From contig OX597819.1 in the NCBI GenBank assembly GCA_951406725.2, positions 57,102,001-57,166,000 on the forward strand: a DNA stretch of 64,000 bases. Direction: 5' to 3'. Below are positions 12,166 through 25,445 of this stretch, one piece after another (positions within the stretch are counted from its first letter, which is position 1; each line of letters starts with the position of its first letter). The notes beneath the pieces were generated by a model. The model was not told the origin of the DNA. It saw only the letters and a program-made list of their open reading frames with translations, and made no database searches. Source of the stretch: Octopus vulgaris (lineage: Eukaryota). A program made the translations under genes and the position numbers.

Positions 12166-13020
12166 GTTTGTATGGATGTATGTTTATGCACACATGTGTA
12201 TATATAAACTTGTTATATAATACTGCATTTGAAATTGAAGTCTGTAGTTATTTTTTATTATGCCTTCCGTATAAACTTCATTGGAATTTCCTTACAGCAC
12301 GGTCTTTTAAATATAAGAACCTATTTTATCACTAAAAACTTTCAATGCATTCTCAAAACATCTACCTGAGAATATCAGTAAGAGAACTATAGCTTAGCTG
12401 ATGTCAGCATATTTATAAAATAAACGAGACATAACACATGTCATGCTCTGGAAAGACGATAAAAAAAATATATTCTTTACAAATTTCTATATATTCCAAA
12501 CAACATCATAGAAGTTTTTATATTGTACACATATACTTGCAGACTGCATATTACCAAGTTGTATAGACAGCTACTTAACCAAAAATCTCAGATTTAGTTG
12601 ACGTTGGAGATCTTTATATTTAAGAATAAAGTATCATTGAACGGTTAAATAATCCGAGAGATAGTATCTCTCATATAATTTAAATACTTCCAGTAATATA
12701 AAAGTGTATAAACATATATAACAAGTATACTTAAAACACACAGACTACTAGTGACTTTAAAAACTTTAAGTTCGCACCTATGGTTGATGTAACAATACTC
12801 AATCTTATACATTATAATATCTATGACGTCATTTCTTAAGTCGAGACAACAATCAGTACATTTATATATCAATATACATGTGTGTGTGTGTATGTATCTC
12901 ATTATTCAGTTTTATTTCAAGATTTCTTGCCAATAGGGAAAGAGTCGGTATCTAACCTAGATCCAAGGCTCCTTCATCGGAATTTCAACATCAACAAGGC
13001 ATTTTTTGAAAGTATGTTTG

Positions 13021-13071
<51 letters not shown>

Positions 13072-13916
13072 GGGAATGTATAGCAGGAAAGAAATGCGCT
13101 AAACCTTTTCTTCGTTGTGTTAATGATTCGGAGAGGTCACGGCCATTTTGAGTACGAATGATGTATATATATATATATGTATTGGATATTTCGATAAGGC
13201 TCTAAATACATCTACATGATCATGTAGTTGGTGCGGTAAATAAGTTCTTTTTGCAAGTATACCGCCATGATATGCTCAGATTAAGCACAAGATAAAATAT
13301 ATCTATTCTTCTGTCTAATACCATAAAGCATTCCAGTGCGTAGTTAGGATGAATTATCGCAGGAACTATATTTTCATTTCAATGCACAGTAAAAAGAAAA
13401 AGAAAAAATGAAGCAGGAAAATACTTTAATGCGATGTTACATTCTAGTAAAATGCACTTAAATGTATGGCGCCTGACATAGATTTGTTAAATTCAATAGA
13501 CGACGTCTAAATATGGATTTCTTTCCGATTTTGTTTGTCCTAATTCCATTACTTTCATGATTATACTCACAATTGTTTTAAATAACAGCTCTGCTTTTAA
13601 TCTAATTTCAAAATGTGTGCAAATGTAATGACTTACTAATAGGGAACGTGTGTCAATGTCTGATATATATGCAAATATATATATGTGTGTGTGTATGCGC
13701 GCGTAGGCGTTTGAGTAACTGTATGTATGTAATAGTTACCTAATCGTTCGTCCCTAGAGGAGAATTCAGAGTAGTGACTGAGAGTGTTTCATCAGTTTCA
13801 AAGGGATAATAACTATTGCATATACTGAGTACATACTCCCTCCCTTTGTTTAGCCAAACGTGCTTATTATATGCACGTTTGGATATGCAAAGGGAACGAG
13901 AAAATATAAATATATA

Positions 13917-14035
13917 GGTACATACATACATACATGCAGATAGATAGGTAGATATATATATATATACACACACACACACACGCACACACACGGAGACATA
14001 AATAAATAAATATATATATATATATATATAAATAC

Positions 14036-14081
<46 letters not shown>
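13917..14081. repeat. Compound (TACA)/(CA)/(TA) microsatellite
   Basis: Directly visible. Confidence 0.95.
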
Positions 14082-14084
<3 letters not shown>

Positions 14085-14790
14085 AAAACTTAGATAAACT
14101 TAGATACGTTTCGACCAAGGATTAGTCCAGGCCATGTCTAACTAATAGACTTATCATCTGATCATCTGATAGACACCACATGATATATTTATCTAAATCC
14201 TTTTAAGTCAACTTTTGTGATATCATGGTCGACTCGAGTAGGGAGTTCTTGTTGAGTGAGTTGTATCCAGGTATAGGTGGCTTTTCTGGTATTCCTTAAA
14301 GAAATTTGTCTAGGTTCCGTTTACAGGTAATGGGATCCTTTTCCTCTTTGATCTCTTTCAGGACAATGTTAAATAGGCCAGAGCCTGTTGAGGAAAAGAA
14401 ATTTTGTTGCAGTATATTTATGTGTTGTGATCTTGAATTGTGTAGGTCATGTACGACCCGAGGTCTTAGCCTTGGATGAATTTTGAAGCTAACGTTGAGG
14501 TCGTTTGGGCAATGCTGGTCGTACATTCTAAACATCGTACAAATGATTTATCGCTCACGGCGAGTTTCAATGCTTAAAGACGGTCTCAATAATCGAGATT
14601 AATCATGCCCTTAATTCTTGTAATGAATGACTTCTGGAGAGATTCAATTTTCGAGATGTTTTATTTTGTACGGGGAGACTACAGGGGGCAGCAGTATTCG
14701 AGGTGCGGTCGTACAAAGGAGGAGAAAGTGGAATGATGACACCTTGTTCTCTGGACCGGAACGCTCTTAGGATCCAGGAGCTCATAGTAC
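14085..14790 (-). mobile_element. CR1-group LINE 3' fragment (ORF2 C-terminus and 3'UTR)
   Basis: WILRAFRSRE...VRPHLEYCCPL*SP...KIESLQKSF...; NFFSSTGSGLFN...KRNLDKFL*GIPEKP; typical CR1 post-RT motifs, with frameshifts. Confidence 0.85.
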
Positions 14791-16529
14791 GAGCTGTATT
14801 GAACTTATTGTTGATATATGTGTGTGTATATATATATATAATATGTGTGTGTGTGTGTATGTATGTATGTATATATGAACGTATGTATGTTTATATTCTT
14901 AAGTGTGTTTTCATGTCTGTGTATTTATGGATAATAAAATGACCATACAATAATTTTTCGGTTGACGCTTCGAATAACAGAACCGTTAGTATCTGGCGCT
15001 TTCCCCCCATTATTTTTGACTATCATATAAATAACCTACTCGCCCCGAGAGTAAAAATGCACATGCATATATTGCAAATGAACTGCAGGTAAAATGTTTG
15101 CGGTAGATTATTTTTTTTTACATCTAGGAACTGAATATGTAATCAATGTAAGTTGATGGAAAAATCACATCTTATATTTATGTTATGATTAACTCCATGA
15201 AGGCATTGCCTTTTAGAACAATCAAGATTAGTGGAGGGAAGACATTCTTAGAACGGAATCTTGGGTCGTTTACTTGCAAGAGAATGGACTCCGCTGAAAG
15301 ACACCAGTCAACCAAGTAAGTATGTTAAAGTAGTCACAGATATTAAGTTAAACACTCCTGTTATATGTTTTGAGAGAACCATCATATACATGGCAGTCTT
15401 CTAGACAATTTATTTTAATATTATTTATAGTCATACATAAATTAACCCCTTCAACTTTGATTTTCATTCTAGACTATTAGCAGCACCATGGCAGCTATTA
15501 ATCTTTAGATAATGTTAAATTGCATTAAAACAATGTTTCGTAGTGTCTGAAATAAACGATGCTTAGAAAATCCACAGATAAAAACGGTGTTTGTTGTTAT
15601 TTTTGTTATATTTACATTCAGAAAGATTCTTTGGTTATAGGTGAAATCTAGTCGATAACTGATGTCCATCGACTGTTAATATGATGTGGCGTAATAGCTA
15701 AATATCAATGTTCGAAAATTAATTATACTCGCTATTGATTTTCATGTTCTTGTATGTTGAAGAAAACACAATAACAACAATTACAAAAATACTACGATGA
15801 TACTAAGAACAATATCAATGAATGGAAAAGTAAAATTTCTAAAGAAAAGACAGTAATTGTATGATGTTATAGATTGTGTATGAAGATCTTTAGTGCTGTG
15901 AAAACGATTATTCGAAAATATATCTATAAAGAATGAAGTTTGACAAACCTAATCGAGACATAACTGAAATCTTTGCACTATACAAAATTTCCTTTGAAAT
16001 AATAGTATATCAGTGAATTTGTTTTCTCTACTATAAGAGCAAAATCGTCAGCGAATCGTCATAAGTGACTTCGAAGCAATTCATCAAACCTTGTCTCATT
16101 TTATAAATATGTGTTTTTCAACTATATTAATGATAGAAGAATCGATATTTGTTTGTTTTTTTCTTTCCTCTCAGTTTGCCTTAGAAGTACGAATACGATA
16201 AAATAACCAGCAAATTTCACATTGGTTATTACTTCTCAATATCTAAACTCCAATCTTTTAATATGAACGATGATTAAAATCAAATATTGCTTAATATTTA
16301 TCATTCATATACTTCTGATTTCTAAGGTAATGCAATGTGGCTGCATTGTTAAGAAGCTGACTTTACAATTATATGCTTTAGGGTTCCGTCCCACTGTACA
16401 GTACCATGAGTAAGTGTCTGTTACAATACATCTGAGCCAACCAATGGATTGTGACTGTATAATATACATAGACGAAAACTGTGTAGAATCTATATATATA
16501 TATGTGGACGGTGCTAAGTTGTGAAACAA

Positions 16530-16852
16530 ACCAAATTTTCTCAAAACAACTTGTCCGACCGTCCCATAGGTCTCCCCTTTGAGAGACACTGATATAACCT
16601 AAATTTAAGACACCAGTAAAAGAAGAAATAAAGATAGACTTTTTTCTATTCCAAAGAAAAACTATTTCCCACGGTTTTATCGATCGCATTCTCACCTGGA
16701 ATCGAGTTTTGTAAATGTTTCAAGTCTTATACACGCCCCGATACCGTCGGTATCTACATATCAAATTTCAGAGCAATCGGATGGAGGATGCCCGAGATGC
16801 TAAAAGCCACATGCACACACACACAGACAGAACGGATGTTATATAAGAGATA
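16530..16852 (+). mobile_element. Possible non-autonomous Helitron-like interspersed repeat (3' part)
   Basis: Ends CAAATTTCAGAGCAATCGG...(CA)n ACAGACAG...TTATATAAGAGAT, an architecture recalled from Lep1/HINE-type elements; recognition only. Confidence 0.35.
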
Positions 16853-16929
16853 TATATAGCTTCTACACATAATACATTATTATATATACACACACGTGTC
16901 TTTACTGTAACTGGTATTTTCCCTGTCTC

Positions 16930-18190
16930 CCTGTATTTTTTTTGTTGATATTTTTTAACATGTTGTCCTTGGAGAATCTAACACGATTTCCATGCCGTGC
17001 TATGCGGGTAGCTTTAGCACATACAATTTTGCTTGAAGGTTTCTATGGTGGTTTCGATGTCAAGTATGGTTTTCATGTTATATTTTTTCTTTAATTTTCG
17101 TATATTTGTTGGTTTGATAGTTGGGTCAAACTTAAGGTTTCTTAAACATTTTATGTCAGACCTAAGTAGCTGAATTTAGTATTGAATACGCTCTTGCCAA
17201 GTAGGCTTTTTGTGAGAATGCTGTCGTTTTCTCATTTTTTCACCACATAGAATCGTTGAGATCTTCGCAGATGCACAGTACAGATCGTTGAGATCTGTGC
17301 TATCAACATCATTAACTGAAATTATATCCTTATGTGCAAGGCGGAGTTTACCAATTACTGTCAATTTTTGGTTAGAATTGCGAATTTTTGAGAGAGTGTC
17401 ACGTTCATTCATACTGGTTTCTTTAATTTTCAGCCATTCAATCATGATACAATTTTTCAGATCCTCGAGTTCAGTTGGGTTAATTTATGTGTGACTTTCT
17501 TCATCTATTGATTTTTATCTACCTTGGTGTTTTTGGTTGGTTCAGAGAGTATTTACATTGACCTGTATTCAGAGAGTATTTTCATCAGACCTGGGTTGGT
17601 TATAATTATTTCCTCTGTAGTATCTTCCTTAACTGCAACTGCGTTCCCTTTATCCCTTACTGATTGTTGTGTTTTTAAACTTATGAATTGTTCATTCTTT
17701 CTGTGTTAATTCGAAAAATAAAACATAAAAATTGATTTGTTATTTTTGGGCTTCGTTTGTGACAAGTGCTTTCATATTCGTATATGTGTTTCCTGTAAAT
17801 TTCACGTAGTTGTGTAAACATTGGAATATATGTGTAGTCCTATGTGAGTATTAATATGTATATATGAGTGTGTAGACATTCGAGTGTATGTGTAACTAAC
17901 CAAGTTACGTACTTACTGTTTTGTTCCACTTATATTTTATAATTTGTAAACTTTCCGATGTTGATTTCGCATGTGTCTTCCGCACATGTTTCACTGAGAC
18001 ATCGTGCAAGGGAGGAATTGTGCTTTGTATGGCAGTAAAATTTCGTTTTGGGGATTATTTTCATTAAAAGGCTGCTTCTTTCAAGTCTTTCACAGGTTCC
18101 TTATCCCATTCTACCGATGTTATTAGATTAGATTTGTTTTTGAATGGAGAACCCCGTGTAGCACATCCATGTTGTTATTCAGCGCAGAGC
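16930..18190 (-). mobile_element. R4/Dong-like RLE non-LTR retrotransposon, 5' part (pre-RT region)
   Basis: DLNDLYCASAKI...KKPTWQERIQY*IQLLRSDI...RKLKKKY...IETFKQ resembles the R4/Dong N-terminal region; upstream end abuts (ATT)n at 18191. Confidence 0.65.
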
Positions 18191-18250
18191 TATTATTATC
18201 ATTATTATTATTATTATTATTATTGTTGTTGTTGTTGTTGTTGTTGTTAT
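18191..18250. repeat. (ATT)n(GTT)n microsatellite
   Basis: Directly visible. Confidence 0.95.
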
Positions 18251-19502
18251 CCGACTTTGTAATTGGTCACTCAAATCATTCTATAGAAGCTGGTGTAGTG
18301 TGATCAATTAACGATTGTTTCGAGAGCCATGTATCTCAGGAATATCATGTAATTTAATTTGCCATTAATACACGAGAAATACGTCGATGCATAGATTTAA
18401 GAATGACCGTGCTAGAGGTCATCAAAAGGAAACTCTTTGTTTTCTTGGTAGGTTTAACATGTCTGAGGATTAAATACACGACATCTCCGACATGCTGTGT
18501 ATATCTGTAAACAAGAAAGAAAGACACGGAGGGAGAGAGAGAGAAAAGAGAAAACAAGTTACACAGATAGATAAGAAAAGGAGATATCGTGAATAATCAC
18601 TTCTTAAATGAACAAATAATGCTGCTTTTCTATGTAAGTCAAAAAGCCATTCAATTAATTGTATTGTATTAACCTATTGAATCAATATACTTCTTCGTTA
18701 ATTTTTGTATAGATTTAAAGTCAAACGCAATCAATATTAAATAAAACTGTTGTATTTAAACCTGTGTCCATAAGATCACCTCAGTTAACCAGGTATTTCA
18801 TCATACGATTTTCATTTTCCTCTAAATAGTTAGAAACGTTGACTTATATGATTGATTTGATTATTTTTGCATTTGAAAGCGAGATAAGCATTCCACCATG
18901 ACGCAGAAATATAATTATTACTCATATCTGATATCCACTGTTTTTCAGTAGTCAGTTGTCTTTTTCTAATAGTTGTTACAACGTCATTAAATCTGTATAA
19001 ATTCCTTACATAATTCCATGTCAATCCATTTCCCAATTTCTATGCAAGCCAGTTATTCAGCCGTTATTATATTTGGATTGCTGAACACGCGTAATATATT
19101 ACTTAGAGTTTCGGCGTATCTTCTGTTTAATTAGTTTTCTCTTTTGGAATCTTAGTTTAAAATCATTAGATACACAATGCTACAGAACAAACTTCACGTG
19201 AATAAATCCGAGAAGTTTAATAATAGAATCATCAAGTAATCTTATCCACATTATTTAGGCAATATATAGGCCTCGGTTGCCATCTGGAGATAATATATGC
19301 CAAAATTGGTTATTATCGCGAAGGAAAATGTCAAGATAATAATCAAATTAACTTCATTAATTTTATATAAATCAACATCGGTATCGAACAACATATAATG
19401 ATGCCAAGTATATTATTTACAGAAACATGAGCTGGAAAACAGTCATATGCGCTTTGCCCGCTGTACAATGAAGCAAGTAAGCAAACCACCAATGTTTTAC
19501 TT

Positions 19503-20663
19503 TTGGGTTGTCCAGAACTTCATGCCAGTTTTCAGTCGTTCATATTCAAACACGTCTAATTCTCGACACATATTATGGTTACATTTCCGGTTACCACACA
19601 TTTCAAACTATCAGTTGAGAAAGAAAGTGTAAAATTACTTAATTCGTGTCAATTTTGCATCCCTATGAAAATGGAATATTATGAGGTGCATTTTAGACAC
19701 TTGATGGTTTCTAATTAACGTAAAGGCAAAAATCCCTCGCAAGGAACAAACAAGATATGTGCTGTGTACGGTGAACGCGTTTTAGCTGACATAACTGTAC
19801 GTAAGTGGTTCGCTAGAGTTGATGATTGTAGCCTTATTGATGAAGAACGCTCAGGCAGATCCCCACCCCTCTTCCGATGACGACCAAATAAAGACATAGA
19901 TTGAGAATAACCCACATTACACAACCCGGGAATTGGCAGAAACACTAAAGTTATCAAAATCCACCATCGAAGTGAAGTTTGAGTACGCAAATCGCTACGA
20001 TGATTGGGTACCACATGTTGTGAACGAAAAGAATATTTTGGATCGCATTTTTATCTGTAATTTGTGGTATAAGCACAATGAAAATGTACCCTTTTTGAAG
20101 GAAATTATCTTAATCCTAAGAATGTCATATTCTGTATCTGATAGGGTTGGAAAGGAATCCTGTACTATGAGTTTCTGCCAAGTAACCGGTCAATACATTC
20201 TGAGGAGTACTGCTCGCACCTAGACGATTTAAATGTAGTAATTCAAGAAAGATGCCCAGAATTGGCGAAGAAGAAAGTTGTTGTCTTTCCGTCAGGTTAA
20301 TGCCAGACCTAACATTTTTTAAAATTATTTTGGTGACCCGTCAAAAATTGTTTCAGCTTGGCTGCGAGGTGTTACCCCATTCACTATACTCCCTAGACAT
20401 TGCTCCTTCGGATTTTCATTTATTTAGGTCCTTGCAAAATAATCTCAATGGTAAAAAATTAAATTCTTTGAAGAACATAAAGAAAACAACCTTAATGTGT
20501 TCTTTGCCAAGAAACTACCGAAATTCAGGGAAGAAGACAGAATCTTTAAGTTGAAGGAAAGATGGAGAATGGTTTATATTTAGTTGAATAAATATTTAAT
20601 GGTATAATTTTGTTTTGTCTTAATTTCCCTCACGAATTGGCATGAACTTTCCGGACAACCCAA
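19503..20663 (+). mobile_element. Near full-length defective mariner transposon
   Basis: TIRs TTGGGTTGTCCAGAACTTCATGCCAGTT (19503-19530) / AATTGGCATGAACTTTCCGGACAACCCAA (20635-20663) followed by TA; transposase pieces ICAVYGE..TVRKWFAR..DEERSGR, WVPH, WKGILYYEFL, EVLPHSLYSLDIAPSDFHLFRSLQN; stops, frameshifts and an internal deletion. Confidence 0.93.
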
Positions 20664-22389
20664 TACAAACACGTTTACCTAATCATAGAATAAATGTGAT
20701 TGTTACTAGATTAAAGAGTGGAATGTTTAGTAGAAAATAGAATTGGCCCAGATAAATATAATTCAAAGCAACAATGAAGACGTTATCCGCTCAATCAATT
20801 TCTTAGAAATAGTAGGTCGAGTAGTCCCCGCCTCCCAAATCACATTATGTGTTTATGCACACTCCGAAACTAACCGATAATGGTCTCAACTAGAATGCAT
20901 GTAAATGTAGCCTTGATCAGCCAGCACCATATTGGTGGTAAACAACAACAACAACTCCCGAATGTGAATCAGCTTAGATCTTCAAACAGTATATATTTTA
21001 TTATTGGGAGAAAATCACAATCGGTGCCCTCTGATAATCGAAATAAAGGTTCAGATATTTTGTTTACCAACAAATGACCACAAGGGTCACTTAGAATAGA
21101 AATTTATATAAGTGCATACGACTTCAGTACGGTTTTATAGCAGCGTTTTGAATATTGTACATTTAGAACGCTTCAGAGTTTCCTGAATATTTACCTTGGT
21201 AGAAAAATGTATTGATTTTGGCATTATATTATTTTGTAGCATCCTAAACAGTACTGCAAAGACCATTATTACAATAATACTTGAAACATCGCGAAAGTCT
21301 TTTGACAGGGTCATGCCATTGTAAATTCTATGATAATCATTCAGTAATATCCAGAGCAATAAATATTATTTAAAACTTTATAATCATCTTTAAATTGATA
21401 TTAATTTTCTTTTCAATCGTATCTAAGATTGAGATAATTCACTGTCTGCATCGATGAATAGAATATCAGCTTGACCGAAAATTATTCATATGTGGAACAT
21501 GAATATCTACTGAAACTACAATTGCGCAAACGAAATTAGAATTTACTAGAACGAAAATTCAGATTTGCTGCTACCTGACTGAGTAACATTATTCAGTAGA
21601 CGGCTGACAATCAATAACGAGAACACATAGGTGTGAGATACTAAACGTTCATAATATATGTATAACAGTATAATATAATTTGATTTGAGGAGTAATATAA
21701 TTAGTAATAGTAGCCTAATTCGATATTAAGTTAGAGACGCCCTATTAGAATATGACTATTCACATGAGGTCTCAATGTGAAAAAAATGTGATGTTAAATT
21801 TCTGCCAATTTACATTTGAAGAAAAAAACAGCATTTCACAGTAAATACTAATTACTTTACTGTCAATTTTCATCTGTAGAATATGCAAAATTAGCTACAA
21901 GAACATAAACACACTTCATTTATGATAGTACACCTACACACAGATGACATCAGAAATATGGCTTAAACATTAAGTTTTTCATTCAAATAGCGAAGCATCG
22001 AAACAGAAAATATTTTAAAATTCCCATTTGTATGCTAAAAAAAACAATACACTTTCAAATATTTGTAATTAATTGGAACAGTTGACATTTTCCTTCTGTT
22101 ATTGGTAATAAGGATTCATTGATAGTGAAGAGAAATGTCAAACATATTCTCCCACTCTTTCTACTTCTTGATATCTCTTGCACTTTCTTTCTTTCTTTCT
22201 TTCTTCTTCTCTATTTCTCTCTCTCTTTCTTTCTCACTATCTCTCTCCTTCTCTCAAAACATAAACTATATTCACATTAACACGTCAAACAGTAGTTGGG
22301 AGAATGTCTGCTGTGTATAAACAGAATTTGTTGAATTTTCCTACAAAACCAAATACAAACACTTGTTTCTTTAGCAAAACAGAACCTAA

Positions 22390-22501
22390 TCATAATAATG
22401 ATGAGGATAACAACAACAACGACAACGACATTAACAACAACAACAATAACAACATCAGCAGCAACAACAACAACAACAATAATGATGATAATAATAATAA
22501 T
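22390..22501. repeat. (AAC)n/(AAT)n microsatellite
   Basis: Directly visible. Confidence 0.93.
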
Positions 22502-22502
22502 G

Positions 22503-22945
22503 GTTCTATATTTAAGAGATGAGGAATTATATACATTATGTTCATTATTTACATTATTTATATATGAGGGATATTTGTCCTCATCTTGCTTGTTGTTAGC
22601 ACAATGTTTATCTTGCTAGTTGTTAGCACAATGTTTCGGCTGATATACCCTCCGGCCTTCATCAAGAAAGGTGAGATAGTTGTTGCCGGAGTTTTTCTAT
22701 ATGTCTCCATTGAAGTCTAATGTCAGCTCCGTACCGATTAGATAATACACTTCTATATTTAAGAGATGAGGAATTATGTACATTATTTACATTAAAATTT
22801 GACGGATATACCCTGATATACTCTCCAACCTTCATCAATGATGAAAGGCTGGAGGGTATATCAGCCGAAATGCTGTGTTAACAACAAACAAGAGGATAAA
22901 AATATCCGTCAAATATAAATAATGTAAATAATGTAAATAATAATA
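22503..22945. mobile_element. Penelope-like terminal repeats: two direct copies plus one inverted copy
   Basis: TTCTATATTTAAGAGATGAGGAATTAT at ~22504 and ~22751; ...GATATACCCTCC..CCTTCATCA at ~22640 and ~22815; inverted TGATGAAAGGCTGGAGGGTATATCAGCCGAAA at 22839-22870. Confidence 0.6.
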
Positions 22946-22949
22946 ATAA

Positions 22950-23127
22950 TGGTTTCAAATTTTGCCACAAGGATAGCATTTTATGGGAGGGTATTAAGTG
23001 GAATACATCGACCCCAGTGTTTCACTGATACATAATTCATCGACCCCGAAATGAGGAAAGGTAAAGTCAACCTCGACGGTAATTGAACTCAGAAAATAGC
23101 GACGGGCGAAATACTACAAAGCATTTC
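22950..23127 (-). mobile_element. Family-1 SINE, 5' head cut by a Gypsy LTR
   Basis: ATCGACCCC...AAAGTCAACCTCGACGGTAATTGAACTCAGAA...GCGAAATAC homologous to 1446-1676 and 29739-29944. Confidence 0.8.
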
Positions 23128-23439
23128 TGTTGTAAGGTAGTTACTCGTCGCCAATTATTGTAGTATGACCACTATTTATGACAATACTTCGTTACATTAT
23201 AACCCTGTAGTAACAATAAAATATATAACAAAGCGGAGTAACAACAATGTAATAATCCAACAAACTCTTCACACACTACAAACAAACCAACAAACCATAT
23301 GCCGATAAATTACCAAAACTACACCTTACGACTTCCTGCGGTTAACTCCTACTGTCTATCTCTCACGCAGACCGCTATTGTTTATAGCCGTTCGGTCATG
23401 TCAGTTCTTGCAGGGGGTGTCGTGACACACGCCACAACA
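23128..23439 (-). mobile_element. 3' LTR of a Gypsy element
   Basis: 312 bp bounded by TGTTGT...ACAACA; purine-rich tract adjacent on the minus strand; directly downstream of the pol remnant. Confidence 0.7.
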
Positions 23440-25445
23440 TATTCTTATTTGAGATTTCGACTTCCGTAGGAAATGAAGTTCATTTTATTATTATTCTTTT
23501 TTTCTTTCATTCTTTCCAGCAACTGTTCCTTTTGGAAAAATTTGCTTCCCTAGGGAGTCCAATACCTTTTCTGTTTACGAATTATTTGTAAATGTTCAGT
23601 CTGTTTACATTTTCTGTTACTGCTTCTTCTAGGGCCAATCCCTTTCACTGCTGGTACATCGAACATGTCGTAAAATAGTTCCATTGGAATTTACTTCCTT
23701 TCTTCTATATGTCTGAAATTTAATCGATTTAGGTATTGCTTATGCTCCCATCGTTGGCCTTTTTATTAAATACATCATGTTTCTAATTCTTTTAGTCACT
23801 ACACCATCTAGCCAACTCTCTTTACGGACTATCCGTCTTAGGCCACGATTTCACTGGTGGTGTCTTGGCTGAAGCGCACAAACTCTACATGATTTTACCA
23901 AATTTTCAGTGTCCCGGTCCATTTTCAGCCAATACATATAACTCCTCATCAAAGCTTTCATTTTTGATATCCCCGGGCGTCCACTATGAAATTCATGAAG
24001 TATCTGTTTCTGGAGTCCAGCTGGCACTACCACTCTTTGTGCGTACATTAATACATCGACGCAGAGTGAAAAATGCTTCGCAATCTTGTTTTTCTTTTGT
24101 TTATTTTTCAAAGATTCCCTCATTTTTATGATCTTCTTGTTCCCCGCTTGTTTATTTTTTATATATTGTACAGTCACTCCTGCAAGACATTACACATTAC
24201 GCTTTTAATTTAATTTTCTGATTGTAAAACGGCTAACACTGACTCTTCCAGCAGTTCCGCATTCTTTGGAATTAGCCTAGATAAACAATTTGCATGGCCA
24301 AATTTCTTAGAAGCAATGTATTCCATCTGAAAGTTATAATTTAACAATATTGTACTTCAGCGTTGTAACCTCTTAGCTGTTAGGGTAAGGATTTCTTTCG
24401 TCGATCTAAAAATTGATAGCAACGATCGGTGGTCCCTCTGAGGCTGAAAACTTCTACCGTGGAGAAATCTGGGAAATTTCTTCACGACAAAAATAATTGC
24501 TATATCTTCTTTCTCTGTGTGACTGTAGTTTTTTTTTCTGCTGCAATCAGAGCACGTAAGCTATGAATTATCGTCTTCATATTACAGTCTTTATATTTAC
24601 GTAGCAAACCGCTCCTACGCCGTATTCAGTAGTGTCAGAAACTACAACAATCTCCGCTGCATGATCTAAATGGGCCAGAGACAAAATCGAAATTAATACA
24701 ATTTTTAATATCTTGAAACGCTTTTTGACACTTTGACCAATTCCATTTGGTGTCTTTCTGCAGCAAATTATTAAGTGGAACTCTCAATTCATACATGTTA
24801 GACATGTAATTTTGATAATAGCCCGCTAGGCCAAGAAAAGCTTGTAATGTCGCTAAGTTACTTGGGGGAAGCGTATTTTTAATTGCGTCTGCCCTCGACG
24901 GATCAGGTCGCCTTCCATTTTTATCTAAAATTGTTCTAAATATTTAATTTTAGGCAAAATGAATTCACATTTCTCCTCACTCGATGTTAGACTGTAGTCT
25001 CTTATTTTTTTTTAAAACACACTTCACATGTTCGACATGCTGATCACGGTAGTAACTTAATGAATACATTATCCAGGTATGTAATTGCAAATTGACAGTC
25101 CGCCAACATCACATCTATATCCTGTTGAAATATTGCAGGTGCCACCTTTAGACCAAATGGTAACCAATTATATTTGTGTAGTCCTCTGTGCGTATTCACT
25201 GTTAGAAGCTAGAGAATCCCTCGTCTACTTTAATACGCATAACAGATCCAGTTTTGAAAATATTTGTCACCATTTGATTTTGCAAAAATATCCTCCGTAG
25301 TAGGCGGTGGATAGTGGCAGATTTTTAAACAGTCATTCAAACCACTAGAAATATCAGCACACACCCTGATATTGTAATTCTTTTAATACACACAGTTGGT
25401 GCTGCCCACTTAAAAGAATTTACTTTTTTAATAATTCCCGCCAAA
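23440..25445 (-). mobile_element. Ty3/Gypsy pol remnant (RT, RNase H, integrase zinc finger)
   Basis: WAAPTVCIKK..IRVCAD; YLDN (YLDD-like); RNase H YSHTEKEDIAIIFVVKKF...DHRSLLSIF...RLQR*...GHANCLSRL; QILHEFHSGRPGISKMKALMRSYMYW...CRVC; most of the integrase core is deleted. Confidence 0.92.

Noticed and set aside
19665-20590. Functional mariner transposase
   Set aside because: Stops, frameshifts and deletion of the first catalytic Asp region
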